Source: Candidatus Omnitrophota bacterium (GTDB lineage Bacteria > Omnitrophota > Gorgyraeia > JABMRG01 > JAFGKX01). Taken from it: 64,000 nt of DNA. The notes beneath the pieces are model-generated. The model made no database searches and was not told where the DNA came from. It saw only the letters and a list, made by a program, of their open reading frames with translations. The stretch is from positions 68,071 to 132,070 of the forward strand of contig JAZDPX010000038.1 of assembly GCA_043797125.1 (NCBI GenBank). The letters run 5' to 3'. Made by a program: the position numbers and the translations under genes. Shown here in pieces: positions 36,670 to 47,018 of this stretch (within the stretch, counting starts at the first letter, position 1; the number at the start of each line of letters is the position of its first letter).

Positions 36670-37929
36670 CTATTTCTCTCTCCAAATCTTTGCTCCTAAC
36701 GACGACAGCTTCTCTTCTATGCCTTCATATCCCCTGTCTAAGTGATAAACTCGCGAAATTTCCGTAACACCATCAGCTACAAGCCCGGCAAGTACAAGCG
36801 CTGCCGATGCGCGCAAGTCAGACGCCATAACAGGCGCGCCGGTTAAATGCCTTGAGCCTTTTATTATGGCGCTTTCTCCTTCCAAAATAATATCTGCCCC
36901 CATCCTGTTTAATTCGCTTATATGCATAAACCTTTCCGGATAAATCTTTTCCGTTACAATGCTTATGCCCTTCGCCAGGCACATCATGGCTGTTACCTGG
37001 GCTTGCAAATCAGTCGGAAATCCGGGAAACGGCAAGGTAACAACATCTATAGGCTTTATAGACCTTGTTGCTTTTACCTTTATTGCATTTTGTTTTTTCG
37101 TAATTACCGCGCCTGCTTCTCTTAACTTATCAATGACTGCCTCAAGATGCTTAGGACAAGCCCCTTCAATAGTCACATCACCGCCTGTCATCGCGGCAGC
37201 CATCATAAACGTGCCTGCTTCTATCCTGTCGGGAATTACCGTGTGGGTAGCCCCACCCAATCTCTTGACTCCTTCGATTTCTATCCGGTGAGAATAATGC
37301 CCCTTTATCTTTGCGCCCATCTTTATCAGCATCTCAGCCAAATCAACTACTTCCGGTTCGCATGCGGCATTTTCTATCACGGTCTTACCTTTGGCCAAAA
37401 CAGCTGCCATCATTGTATTTGCTGTAGCCAACACCGACGAACCATACGCGCCGCCTAAATACACGCTTGAGCCTTTAAGCTTTTTTGTCTTTGCTAAAAC
37501 ATAGCCATGAGAAACATCAACATCCGCGCCTAAGGCCTTGAGCCCCTTAATATGCAGATTTATGGGCCTCGGACCTATAACGCAACCGCCGGGCAATGAA
37601 ACTTTCGCCCTTTTTTGCCGCGCCAGTAAAGGCCCGAGCACGCAAACAGAAGCGCGCATAACGCTTACGAACTTATATGTTGCTGTATCGCCTTTGAAAT
37701 CCCTGGATTCTATTGTAAGTGTCCCGTCCTGAAATTCCACCTTAACACCCAATCTTTGGAGAAGGCGCATCATTGTTCTTATGTCGCTTAAGTCAGGCAC
37801 GTTCTTTATGATACAGCGCTCCCTTGTAAGCAAACAAGCAGCCATAATCGGTAAAGTTGAATTCTTGGAGCCGCTGTTTTTAATTTTTCCCTGCAGCCTT
37901 TTTTTTCCTTTTATAAGTAATCTGTCCAT
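36670..37929 (-). CDS. murA: UDP-N-acetylglucosamine 1-carboxyvinyltransferase
   Basis: 419 aa, LIKGKKRLQGKI N-terminus, EPSP-synthase fold motifs. Confidence 0.9.
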   Translation of the reverse strand: MDRLLIKGKKRLQGKIKNSGSKNSTLPIMAACLLTRERCIIKNVPDLSDIRTMMRLLQRLGVKVEFQDGTLTIESRDFKGDTATYKFVSVMRASVCVLGPLLARQKRAKVSLPGGCVIGPRPINLHIKGLKALGADVDVSHGYVLAKTKKLKGSSVYLGGAYGSSVLATANTMMAAVLAKGKTVIENAACEPEVVDLAEMLIKMGAKIKGHYSHRIEIEGVKRLGGATHTVIPDRIEAGTFMMAAAMTGGDVTIEGACPKHLEAVIDKLREAGAVITKKQNAIKVKATRSIKPIDVVTLPFPGFPTDLQAQVTAMMCLAKGISIVTEKIYPERFMHISELNRMGADIILEGESAIIKGSRHLTGAPVMASDLRASAALVLAGLVADGVTEISRVYHLDRGYEGIEEKLSSLGAKIWREK

Positions 37930-38774
37930 TATTTTCCCTTGGCTGTTATCACTCTATCAAAATGATTGTAATCTTTCACGATTTCTATATCGCAAAAATT
38001 TTTTTCAAAAATTTGTTTCACAGCGCCTGATATGTCTGGTGCGATTTCAAAAAATATATAACCATTTGGTTTTAAATAAGATACTGCCTGCCTTGCGATC
38101 CTTTTATAAAAAACAAGCCCGTCAAGGCCGCCGTCCAAGGCAGCGATTGGCTCATTTTTTACATCTTCGGGCAGGGTTTTTAGCCGGCCTTTTTTAATAT
38201 AGGGCGGGTTGCAGGTTATTGCATCAAAAAAGCCTTTACAGCCCTGCCATGGTTTAAATAGATCGCCCTGTCTAAACTTAATATTAGTATAGACGCCGTG
38301 CAAACGCGCGTTGGTTTTCGCTGTTGCAACAGCGCCTTGAGAAATATCGGAAGCACATATTTTAGAACATTGGAGATGTTTTGTCAATGAGATTGCAATG
38401 TTGCCGCTGCCGGTGCAGAGGTCGAGAATGTTGATTGGGCTGTGGGCTGTGGGCTGTGGGCTGTGGGCTAACACCGCATCTACTAATATTTCGGTTTCGG
38501 GGCGGGGGATAAAGACGCCTTCCCGCATCTTAAATTCCAGCCCGTAAAAATAAGCCTTGGCTAATAAATATTGCAAAGGCTCTCCAGCTGCCCTTAGCTT
38601 TAGTATTTTGTTAAGCTTATGCATCTTAGGTTCATTAATCGTAATGTCCGATGTATATATATCTACCCTGCGGCAGTTCAACAAGCTACATAAAATCTGC
38701 TCTGCTTCAACCATGGGACATGCTATGTTTTGCTTTGCCAGAAATTCATGCGTATATTTTAATTCGGCGATCAT
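37929..38774 (-). CDS. prmC: release factor glutamine N5-methyltransferase
   Basis: NPPY motif (ITCNPPYI), LDLCTGSGN SAM motif. Contains the (GGGCTGT)n repeat at 38437-38469. Confidence 0.8.
   Translation of the reverse strand: MIAELKYTHEFLAKQNIACPMVEAEQILCSLLNCRRVDIYTSDITINEPKMHKLNKILKLRAAGEPLQYLLAKAYFYGLEFKMREGVFIPRPETEILVDAVLAHSPQPTAHSPINILDLCTGSGNIAISLTKHLQCSKICASDISQGAVATAKTNARLHGVYTNIKFRQGDLFKPWQGCKGFFDAITCNPPYIKKGRLKTLPEDVKNEPIAALDGGLDGLVFYKRIARQAVSYLKPNGYIFFEIAPDISGAVKQIFEKNFCDIEIVKDYNHFDRVITAKGK
38437..38469. repeat. heptanucleotide SSR (GGGCTGT)x4.7 within prmC coding sequence
   Basis: gggctgtgggctgtgggctgtgggctgtgggct encodes HSPQPTAHSP in PrmC. Confidence 0.6.
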
Positions 38775-39838
38775 TTTATGTTCTGCAGCTTTAGTTTTTT
38801 TTCTGCGGCAAGCAGGGCTTTTACTATCTCGTCCAACTCTCCCTCAAGGATGGTGTCCAGCTTGTGCAGGGTTAATCCTATGCGGTGGTCTGTCACTCTT
38901 TTATCAGGGAAATTATAAGTCCTTATCTTCTCGCTTCTATCGCCGGTGCCTACCTGGGTTTTTCTGTCCTGCGATATTTTTTGCTTCTGCTCGCTTTGCA
39001 TTTTATCAAACAGCCTTGCCCTGAGCACCTTCATTGCCTTATTTTTATTTTTAAGCTGGGAACGTTCATCCTGGCATATAACCACTAAATTTGTAGGCAA
39101 ATGCGTAACGCGCACAGCTGAATCAGTGGTATTAACGCCCTGGCCTCCGTGCCCGCCTGAACGATATACATCCACCCTTAAATCTTTAGGCTCGATCTTT
39201 ATTTCCACTTCTTCGGCCTCGGGCAAAACAGCAACCGTAGCCGCGGATGTATGTATCCTGCCGGATCCCTCGGTAGCAGGCACGCGCTGCACGCGGTGAA
39301 CACCGCTTTCATATTTAAGGTTTCTGTATACGTCTTTTCCTTCAACCGCGAATACGATTTCTTTTATGCCGGCGCCTTCTTGCACGGATGTATTCATGAT
39401 TTCTACTTTCCAGCTGTTTTTCTGCGCAAACTTGCTGTACATCCTAAACAAATCAGCGGCAAATAATCCTGCCTCAAGCCCTCCTGTGCCTGCCCTTATT
39501 TCCATTATTGCATTTTTATCCGCGTCAGTATCTTCAAGGGCAAACGCGTCTTCAAGCTCGCACAGAATGGACGAGGACTTCTGTTGGAATTCATCTATCT
39601 CCATCTTCGCAAGGTCTATGAACTCCCTTTCGTGTTTTTCCTCAAGCATGTTTTTAAGTTTTTTTATTTCCTGCTGCAGGCGCAGGTATTCATTATACTT
39701 ACTTACAATACTTGAAAGGGATGCGAGTTCCTTTGCGTATTTGCTGTATAGAGACTTATCCTGCACGACTTTCTGGTCTGCCAGGAGCCCCTCCAGCTCT
39801 TTGTATCTTCTTCTTCTTTCTTCCAACGCCTCAAACAT
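38771..39838 (-). CDS. prfA: peptide chain release factor 1
   Basis: GGQ motif (SGGHGGQGVNTTDSAVR), PxT-type recognition region. Confidence 0.95.
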   Translation of the reverse strand: MFEALEERRRRYKELEGLLADQKVVQDKSLYSKYAKELASLSSIVSKYNEYLRLQQEIKKLKNMLEEKHEREFIDLAKMEIDEFQQKSSSILCELEDAFALEDTDADKNAIMEIRAGTGGLEAGLFAADLFRMYSKFAQKNSWKVEIMNTSVQEGAGIKEIVFAVEGKDVYRNLKYESGVHRVQRVPATEGSGRIHTSAATVAVLPEAEEVEIKIEPKDLRVDVYRSGGHGGQGVNTTDSAVRVTHLPTNLVVICQDERSQLKNKNKAMKVLRARLFDKMQSEQKQKISQDRKTQVGTGDRSEKIRTYNFPDKRVTDHRIGLTLHKLDTILEGELDEIVKALLAAEKKLKLQNIK

Positions 39839-40042
39839 TTATTCCTGCTTCCCGTATCTTCTCCTAAATTTCTCGACTCTTCCCGCAGAATCAAGCAGTT
39901 TTTGCTTGCCGGTGAAAAACGGGTGGCATTTAGAGCATATATCTATCCTTATGTTTTGTTTTGTAGAACGCGTGTGTATTACCTCTCCGCATGCGCATGT
40001 AATCGTCGTTTGTTTGTATTCCGGGTGTATCTTGTCTTTCAT
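39839..40042 (-). CDS. rpmE: 50S ribosomal protein L31
   Basis: MKDKIHPEY...CxC...[10 protein letters not shown] zinc ribbon. Confidence 0.9.
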   Translation of the reverse strand: MKDKIHPEYKQTTITCACGEVIHTRSTKQNIRIDICSKCHPFFTGKQKLLDSAGRVEKFRRRYGKQE

Positions 40043-40057
40043 CTTTTCTCCTCTCTG

Positions 40058-40084
40058 CCTTTATCCTTTAACCTTTATCCTTTT
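40058..40084 (-). promoter_or_regulatory. purine-rich leader motif AAAGGATAAAGGTTAAAGGATAAAGG upstream of rpmE
   Basis: Plus strand cctttatcctttaacctttatcctttt. Same motif at 52261-52294 upstream of gatA. Confidence 0.4.
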
Positions 40085-41330
40085 ACTGATTTATGCTCAT
40101 CAAAAATTCAGCGTTTGTTTTTGTCTTTTTTAGTTTTTCAATCAAAAGCTGCATTGCCTCATCGGTGTTTAATTCATTTAACACCTTTCTCATAAGCCAT
40201 ATGCGCCTTAACTCTTCGTCTTCAAGCAGCAGCTCTTCTTTCCTGGTGTTTGATCTTTTTATATCAATAGCAGGATATATGCGTTTTTGGAAAAGGTTGC
40301 GGTCAAGCTGAAGCTCCATGTTGCCGGTGCCCTTAAACTCTTCGAATATCACTTCATCCATTCGGCTACCAGTATCCACCAGCGCGGTAGCTATAATTGT
40401 TAACGAACCGCCCTCTTCAACATTTCTGGCTGCGCCAAAAAACCTCTTTGGCTTGTGCAAAGCGTTTGAGTCGACGCCGCCCGATAAGATCTTGCCGCTG
40501 TGCGGCACTATGGCATTATAGGCCCTTGCCAGGCGCGTGATGCTGTCCAGCAATATTACGACGTCTTTTTTGCATTCAACAAGCCTTTTGGCCTTTTCCA
40601 GCACAATCTCAGCAACCTGGACGTGGCGCTGCCCGGGCTCATCAAATGTGGAGCTTATAACTTCCCCGTTGACGGAACGCTTCATATCTGTAACTTCCTC
40701 GGGCCGTTCATCAATAAGAAGGACTATGAGAATGGTCTCAGGGTAGTTGGTTGTTATACTATTGGCTATCTTTTGAAGGATTATTGTTTTGCCGCTGTAA
40801 GGAGGGGCGACAATCATGCCTCTTTGTCCTTTGCCTAGCGGGGTTAAAAGGTCCATTATCCTTGTAGATATCTGGGTTGGGTCGCATTCCAGCCTGAACC
40901 TTTCGTGCGGATATAAAGGCGTAAGATTATCAAAAAATATCTTGTCCTTTAACTTGTCCGGATTCTCGTAATCCACTGCCTCGACTTTTAAAAGAGCGAA
41001 ATATCTTTCTCCCTCTTTTGGCGGCCTTACATGCCCGCTTATTATGTCGCCTGTCCTTAAGTTGAACCTCTTTATCTGGCTTGGCGACACATAAATATCG
41101 TCGGGGCAAGGCAGGTAGTTGTAATTCGGCGATCTTAAGAAACCAAAACCATCAGGCAGAACCTCAAGCACTCCCTCGCCGTAGATATTGCCTTCTTTTT
41201 CCACCTGCGCCTGCAATATCTTAAAGATAAGGTCCTGTTTTTTTATGCCTCCGGAACCGTTTACTTTAAGGTCTTTTGCTATTTTACTCAACTCCGCCAC
41301 CTTTTTAGTCTTAAGTTCTTCTAAATCCAT
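40083..41330 (-). CDS. rho: transcription termination factor Rho
   Basis: N-terminal OB/RNA-binding region, Walker A APPYSGKT, RecA-like core. Confidence 0.95.
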   Translation of the reverse strand: MDLEELKTKKVAELSKIAKDLKVNGSGGIKKQDLIFKILQAQVEKEGNIYGEGVLEVLPDGFGFLRSPNYNYLPCPDDIYVSPSQIKRFNLRTGDIISGHVRPPKEGERYFALLKVEAVDYENPDKLKDKIFFDNLTPLYPHERFRLECDPTQISTRIMDLLTPLGKGQRGMIVAPPYSGKTIILQKIANSITTNYPETILIVLLIDERPEEVTDMKRSVNGEVISSTFDEPGQRHVQVAEIVLEKAKRLVECKKDVVILLDSITRLARAYNAIVPHSGKILSGGVDSNALHKPKRFFGAARNVEEGGSLTIIATALVDTGSRMDEVIFEEFKGTGNMELQLDRNLFQKRIYPAIDIKRSNTRKEELLLEDEELRRIWLMRKVLNELNTDEAMQLLIEKLKKTKTNAEFLMSINQ

Positions 41331-41922
41331 CTTGTTCCTCCTTGTATATTTTTGTTATCAAGTGTTTAACATCTGATTCCAGCTGTTTGACTGAACCGTT
41401 ATTCGCAATTACATAATCTGCATACTCCTTTTTCTTAGAAATCGGCATTTGCGCTTTTATCCTTTTAAGCGCATCGTTCTTATTCATGTGAAAATGTTTC
41501 ACCGCGCGTCTGCATATATCGGCTGTCGAGGCAGAAACCACAACTACAATATCGCAAAAACCCGTAAGGCCGGCCTCGATAAGCAGCGGCGCGTCAATTA
41601 CTATATACGCGTTTTGGTTTATTTTTAGCTTTTCCTTGGCGGAGTTTTTAATTTCAAATATGACTTTCGGATGAATAATATCGCAAAGAACCTTCAATTT
41701 TTTGGAATCAGAAAAAACGACGCGCGCTAAGAATCTTCTGTCAGCCCTGCCAAAATGCGCTAAAACTTGTTTTTGCGCGCTATCGTTGTTTTCAAGCACA
41801 TCGTGCGCGATCTTGTCGGCATCGAGCAATTCGGCATGCAAAGCCTTAGCAACCATCTTCGCAACGGTGCTTTTACCCGACGCAAACCCTCCAGTAACCC
41901 CTATTATCATATAATCTAACAC
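41311..41922 (-). CDS. coaE: dephospho-CoA kinase
   Basis: [14 protein letters not shown]-loop. Confidence 0.85.
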   Translation of the reverse strand: MLDYMIIGVTGGFASGKSTVAKMVAKALHAELLDADKIAHDVLENNDSAQKQVLAHFGRADRRFLARVVFSDSKKLKVLCDIIHPKVIFEIKNSAKEKLKINQNAYIVIDAPLLIEAGLTGFCDIVVVVSASTADICRRAVKHFHMNKNDALKRIKAQMPISKKKEYADYVIANNGSVKQLESDVKHLITKIYKEEQDGFRRT

Positions 41923-44576
41923 TCCGCCCAGTTATTCCCCGTCTTAATCGTTACTTCGACAGGAACTTTTAATTTAACCGCATTTTCCATTTTTGACTTG
42001 ACCAAACTGCCAAGTTTATCTTTTTCCCTTTCCAGCGCATCAAATACAAGCTCATCATGAACCTGCAAAATCATTTTGGATTTAAAGTCCTGCTGCAGCA
42101 TCTCGTTGTAAATCTCTATCATGGCTATTTTTATCAGGTCCGCGGCAGAACCCTGTATAGGAGTATTTATGGCCGTCCTTTCCGCAAACTGCCTTATTGT
42201 TTGATTCGGCGAATTTATTTCGGGTATAAACCTGCATCTGCCCAGCATGGTGGTTACATAATATTTTTCCCTGGCCAAAACCAACACGCTATCCAGGTAT
42301 TCTCTGACTGTTTTGTATTTATCGAAATATGCGTCAATAAAAATCTTGGCTTCTTCCGGCGTAATATCCAGTTCTTTGGATAAACCGTATGGGCTCATGC
42401 CGTATATTATTCCAAAATTGACTGTCTTAGCCTGGTTTCTCTGTATTTGGGTCACTTTTTCCTGCGGGCAATTAAAAATTAAAGATGCTGTATGGCGGTG
42501 TATATCGTCCTTGTTTCTAAACGCGGTTATCAGTTCTTCGTCGCCGGACAAATGCGCCAATATCCGCAATTCTATCTGAGAATAATCGGCTGACAGAAGA
42601 ATCCCTCTCTTTTCGGAACATATAAAGGCCTTTCTTATCCTTCTGCCCTCTTGCGTCCTTGTCGGTATGTTTTGCAAATTCGGGTCTGAAGAACTTAAGC
42701 GGCCTGTCGCGGTGACTGTCTGGTTAAAGGACGTGTGCACCTTGTGCGTCTTGGGATTCATCAACTGCGGCAGCGCGTCAACATATGTGGATTGCAGTTT
42801 TGAAAGCTCTCTGTATTCCAAAAGCAGGCTGCAAATCGCGTGTTCCTTCGCCAGCTTGGTCAGGACTTCCACATCGGTGGAAATTCCCGTCTTTGTCTTT
42901 TTCACAACGGGGAGCTTCAGGTTTTCAAACAAAATAACGGCAAGCTGCTTCGGGGAATTAAGATTAAATTCGCTTCCTGCAATTTCATAAATTTGAGAAG
43001 CTATTGTTCCCAGCCGCGAATGCATCTGCGCGGAAATCTCTTCCAAAACTTTCTTATCGATCGAGACGCCGCTGTATTCCATACAGGCAAGCACCTTGAC
43101 AAGCGGCATATCCACTTCGCAGAATAATTTAAACAAATCCTTTTCCTTTAATCTTTTTTCCAAGAGCTGCTTAAGCCTGAAAGTTACGTCGCTGTCCTCG
43201 CAGCAGTAATCGCAAACCAAAGCCGGCTCGACCTTATCCATTGTGATCGCGGACTTACCTTTTCCGATAAGCTGGGTAATGGGCGTGGGCTTATAATCAA
43301 GGTATTCTATGGATATATCCGACAGGTTATGATTAGCCTTTGAAGGATTAAGCAGGTATGAGGCTACCATCGTGTCAAAATATACGCCCCGCAAATCTAT
43401 TGAGTTGTTGGATAAAAGCAGTATTTCGTATTTTATATTCTGCCCTATTTTTTTAATTGCCTCATTTTCAAAAAACGGCTTCAAAAGCCCGAGAACCTCC
43501 CTTGTGTTAAGTGATAAATTTTGCTTTGCCTGCGCGAAAGATATATATTGCGCATGAGTCTCTTTAAAACAAAAAGACACGCCTACAAGCTCGGCAATCA
43601 TCGGGTCTGTGCTGGTTGTCTCAAAATCAAACGCAACCTCCCCCGCCTTGCTAAGCTGGGCAATCAGCCGACTTAAGCTTTCTTTGTCGTTTATCATCCT
43701 GTAATCTTTTTGTATTGCTTTGCTTGAGGCAAATTCCGATAAGAGGTTCTTGAACTCCAATTCCTTGAAAATCTGGTAAAGCCGTTCCTTGTCAGGCTCC
43801 CCCAATTTTAATTTAGAAAAATCTATATCTATATCAACTGCTTCGTCTATGGTAGCCAAGGCCTTGCTTAAATAAGCCTGCTCCTTAAATTTCTCAAGCA
43901 GCGCTTTTCTGGCCTTGCTCTTAACAGTTTCAAGGCCCTCATATAATTTGTCTAAGCTTTTGTATTCTTTTATCAATTCCACGGCTGTTTTTTCTCCTAT
44001 GCCCGTCACTCCGGGAATATTATCGCTGGTATCGCCCATTAGCGCCATTATATCGACCATTGATTCGGGCCTCACGCCATATCTTGCTATAACTTCTTTT
44101 TCGTCATATATAAGGCCGTCTGCATGCGTGCTGTATATAAAAACATGCTCGCCTACAAGCTGCAAGGCATCTTTGTCGCCTGTTGCTATAAAAACATCTA
44201 TCTCGCTTTTCGAGGCGGCCTTAGCCAATGTGCCTATTATGTCATCTGCCTCAAAACCGTCTTTTTCATAAATAGCTATATTGTAGGCAGCCAGAACATC
44301 TTTAATAATCGGCATCTGCTGCACTAGATCATCCGGCATTGGCTTACGATGAATCTTATATTTGTCATATTTTTCGTGCCTGAATGTAGGTTTTGGCCTG
44401 TCAAAACACACCCCCACGTAATCAGGGCTGTGTTCCTGTATAATTTTCCTTAACATACTAATAAAACCATACACCGCATTAGTAGGCAAGCCCTTAGAGT
44501 TAGCCAGGCCTTTTATAGCATAGTACGCGCGGTAACAGAAGGAGTTACCGTCTATTAAAAACAGTTTCTTCCCCAT
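41916..44576 (-). CDS. polA: DNA polymerase I
   Basis: 886 aa. 5'-3' exonuclease N-terminus, 3'-5' exo region, polymerase motifs (YSQIELR, QVHDELV). Confidence 0.95.
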   Translation of the reverse strand: MGKKLFLIDGNSFCYRAYYAIKGLANSKGLPTNAVYGFISMLRKIIQEHSPDYVGVCFDRPKPTFRHEKYDKYKIHRKPMPDDLVQQMPIIKDVLAAYNIAIYEKDGFEADDIIGTLAKAASKSEIDVFIATGDKDALQLVGEHVFIYSTHADGLIYDEKEVIARYGVRPESMVDIMALMGDTSDNIPGVTGIGEKTAVELIKEYKSLDKLYEGLETVKSKARKALLEKFKEQAYLSKALATIDEAVDIDIDFSKLKLGEPDKERLYQIFKELEFKNLLSEFASSKAIQKDYRMINDKESLSRLIAQLSKAGEVAFDFETTSTDPMIAELVGVSFCFKETHAQYISFAQAKQNLSLNTREVLGLLKPFFENEAIKKIGQNIKYEILLLSNNSIDLRGVYFDTMVASYLLNPSKANHNLSDISIEYLDYKPTPITQLIGKGKSAITMDKVEPALVCDYCCEDSDVTFRLKQLLEKRLKEKDLFKLFCEVDMPLVKVLACMEYSGVSIDKKVLEEISAQMHSRLGTIASQIYEIAGSEFNLNSPKQLAVILFENLKLPVVKKTKTGISTDVEVLTKLAKEHAICSLLLEYRELSKLQSTYVDALPQLMNPKTHKVHTSFNQTVTATGRLSSSDPNLQNIPTRTQEGRRIRKAFICSEKRGILLSADYSQIELRILAHLSGDEELITAFRNKDDIHRHTASLIFNCPQEKVTQIQRNQAKTVNFGIIYGMSPYGLSKELDITPEEAKIFIDAYFDKYKTVREYLDSVLVLAREKYYVTTMLGRCRFIPEINSPNQTIRQFAERTAINTPIQGSAADLIKIAMIEIYNEMLQQDFKSKMILQVHDELVFDALEREKDKLGSLVKSKMENAVKLKVPVEVTIKTGNNWAEC

Positions 44577-44616
44577 ATGTATATTGAGTTTATTTTAGGT
44601 ATGTTAGATAGAGCAC

Positions 44617-45411
44617 CTAACGGGAAAGGTTAAGTTCAGGCAAACTCTCTATCTCATCATAGCATTCATTCAAGGAGTCTGAGAGGTCTTCCAGCTCATA
44701 AGTTGCATCCACAAACCACATTATTCTATCTTTATTTTTTGGGTCTAATTTATAGCAAAGATTGTAATAATTCTTAGCGCCGTTATAATCTCCTGCCTGG
44801 CAGCGCAAAAGCGCCTGCTCCAGCAGATAACCGACTGTCAGGCCTTCTGTCTGTTTTGACTTCTTATCATAATCCGATACAATATCTGCCATTTTAACCT
44901 TAATAGACTCTATCTCATCCTGCTTTAAATTTATCTTATGCTGGATAAGCGCCAGATTATGATATACCTTCGCAGGTTCATGATAGGGCAATATCTTTAA
45001 TGCCTCTTCAAAATTAACCGCTGCCTTCTGGAATTCGCCTTTATTATAACAGATTTTCCCTTTATCAAAATACTCATTGGCGAGATACACCTGCTTATCA
45101 GAGGTTGCTGTCTTAAGATATTCTTGCGCTGGTTGGTAAGAAGGTTCTAGTCTTAGAACCTCATTAAAACTCGCGATAGCTTCGTCAAATTTATCTCTAA
45201 GCAAAAATTCTCTTCCTCTATTATAATATGTAGCGATTAAATCCGCTCTTTCCTGCGCCTGTTCAACGGAAAGGCCCAAGCGCTCTTGGGCAGCGTCATC
45301 CCTGTAAGTAGCGGCTTCTGCTATATAACAAAATAATAAAGATAATGAAAAGACTAATATATATGGTATTAATATTGTTTTTGGCAAGCGCATACAATAT
45401 CCCTTTTGCAA
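44617..45411 (-). CDS. secreted tetratricopeptide-repeat protein
   Basis: Signal peptide plus multiple TPR-like helices (ASFNEVLRLEPSY, NFEEALKILPYH). Confidence 0.55.
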   Translation of the reverse strand: MQKGYCMRLPKTILIPYILVFSLSLLFCYIAEAATYRDDAAQERLGLSVEQAQERADLIATYYNRGREFLLRDKFDEAIASFNEVLRLEPSYQPAQEYLKTATSDKQVYLANEYFDKGKICYNKGEFQKAAVNFEEALKILPYHEPAKVYHNLALIQHKINLKQDEIESIKVKMADIVSDYDKKSKQTEGLTVGYLLEQALLRCQAGDYNGAKNYYNLCYKLDPKNKDRIMWFVDATYELEDLSDSLNECYDEIESLPELNLSR

Positions 45412-45455
45412 GTATTAGTATAATATAACCTGCTAATTATGTCAAGTTTTTACAC

Positions 45456-45833
45456 TTAACTTATATTTCTTATAATTATAAAAAGTAGGACCGCGATAAC
45501 CAAGATAGCCAACATATAAAAATCATTGAAATAAAATAGATCCTTAATATAATCTAACGCCGGAGATTCTTTATGCCGGGAGCAGTTGTCCTTAGTATTT
45601 AAGTTTGTGCGGGTATTTTGAGAATGTGAACCATATTTATAATTCTGGAGATTTTCTAATTTAAACCTAAGATACATACCGCCAATTTGGTAAGCTATGA
45701 TTTCTTCGGCTTTTACCAACTGCTTAATCTCTTCTTCGGTTTTGCCTAAAAAATCAGCGGCTTCCTTTATATTTAGTAAGCGTTCCTTATCCATGCTTAA
45801 AAAAGCTACTTGACCCTCTCTTTTGAAATCCAC
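45456..45833 (-). CDS. HTH (excisionase/MerR-type) DNA-binding protein with C-terminal TM helix
   Basis: LLNIKEAADFLGKTEEEIKQLV helix-turn-helix. Hydrophobic C-terminus. Start probably at an internal Met (~45794). Confidence 0.5.
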   Translation of the reverse strand: MDFKREGQVAFLSMDKERLLNIKEAADFLGKTEEEIKQLVKAEEIIAYQIGGMYLRFKLENLQNYKYGSHSQNTRTNLNTKDNCSRHKESPALDYIKDLFYFNDFYMLAILVIAVLLFIIIRNIS

Positions 45834-46348
45834 TCGTCAATAATTGCCTTATCAAATTGCCAGTTGTCATTTTCTCTTCTTGCCGGGATTTTTCCTTGGG
45901 ATGCCCATTCATTTACAACGGCCGTGGTTACTTCAAGGTAATTGGCCACTTCATTCAGATTTAAAATTTTTGATGCAACGTCGATATTGCCTGATGACGA
46001 ATTCATCTGGCACCTACCATGAAAAATGGCGCCTTCTGCAATGCTCAACACCGGGGCCTGCATGTCTCCTGTTATGTGCGCCGGCGCGATAACCTTAAGC
46101 TTCGTCTTGGCGGTAATATTTCCAATAACAGTCCCTGCTATTGTAATATCGTCGCCGACTATTTCCGCTTTTACAACCGCGCTATGGCTTATAGTCAGGC
46201 TGCCGCGCGTATTCAGGGCGCCTTCAAAATTACCGTTTATTCTCAAATTAACAGGATCCTTAAAAACTAATGTCCCCTGCATGCTGGCATCAACATCAAG
46301 GACTTTCTCTTCTATAACTTTATTTCTTTTACCCATTAGCTTTGGCAT
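45806..46348 (-). CDS. bactofilin domain protein fused to C-terminal excisionase-type HTH
   Basis: Central beta-helical bactofilin (DUF583) repeat region (GTLVFKDPVNLRINGNFEGAL...IVGDDITIAGTVIGNI...). C-terminal LNLNEVANYLEVTTAVVNEWASQGKIP HTH. Confidence 0.65.
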   Translation of the reverse strand: MPKLMGKRNKVIEEKVLDVDASMQGTLVFKDPVNLRINGNFEGALNTRGSLTISHSAVVKAEIVGDDITIAGTVIGNITAKTKLKVIAPAHITGDMQAPVLSIAEGAIFHGRCQMNSSSGNIDVASKILNLNEVANYLEVTTAVVNEWASQGKIPARRENDNWQFDKAIIDEWISKERVK

Positions 46349-46366
46349 ATTTTCACCCCCTTTATA

Positions 46367-46468
46367 TACACAGATGATCGCAGATTAGAAGAAATGGATG
46401 ATCACAGATTTTTTCCCAACGACATCTGTGATAATCTTGCATCTTTTAATCTGTGCTAATCTGTGCTA
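46367..46468. repeat. ~100-bp hairpin-rich intergenic element (cacagatgatc family), copy A
   Basis: Matches reverse complement of 56311-56406 almost base for base. Internal inverted repeats cacagatgatc/gatcatctgtg. Confidence 0.55.
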
Positions 46469-46517
46469 CCTTTACGACACCCTATTAATTCTATTATAAT
46501 ATTATTTCAACACAGAG

Positions 46518-47018
46518 TCAAAAGGTTTCGTCTTGAGAACCTGTTTCCTTGTTTCTGCCTTTTTTTGAAATTTTTGCTTCTATTTTACTAAGAAATAAAA
46601 GGCTTAGCAAAATAATAACCGAGGTAAAGACCGCGGCCCAATAAAAACCTGAGCCCACAGCAAGGCCAACGCCTGCAATTGCCCAAAGGCTTGCGGCGGT
46701 AGTAAGGCCCTTTACGGTTGCCTTGGATCTTAGTATTGTGCCCGCACCTAAAAATCCTACGCCGGTAACAACCTGCGCCGCTATCCTCGCAGGGTCGATA
46801 CTGGTAAGGCCATGGTACACATCGAACATATGTATTGAAGTAAGCATCATAAGGCATGAGCCGACACAGACTAATATATGGGTTCTAAAACCCGCAACGC
46901 GGCCTTGTATCTCTCTCTCAAGCCCGACCGCTCCTCCTAGAATCGTCGCTAAAATTAACCGCACTAATACCTGCATGTTCCCTAACATTATTGCCTCCTG
47001 CGTGGGGACGGTTCTCAC
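46518..47018 (-). CDS. mgtC: MgtC/SapB family membrane protein
   Basis: GLEREIQGRVAGFRTHILV motif. ORF-track start is GTG at 47018. Likely real start is ATG at ~46988, preceded by AGGAGG. Confidence 0.75.
   Translation of the reverse strand: MRTVPTQEAIMLGNMQVLVRLILATILGGAVGLEREIQGRVAGFRTHILVCVGSCLMMLTSIHMFDVYHGLTSIDPARIAAQVVTGVGFLGAGTILRSKATVKGLTTAASLWAIAGVGLAVGSGFYWAAVFTSVIILLSLLFLSKIEAKISKKGRNKETGSQDETF

Noticed and set aside
39366-40133. 255-aa plus-strand ORF rich in Ser/Leu
   Set aside because: Antisense to prfA/rpmE. Compositionally biased. Shadow ORF.
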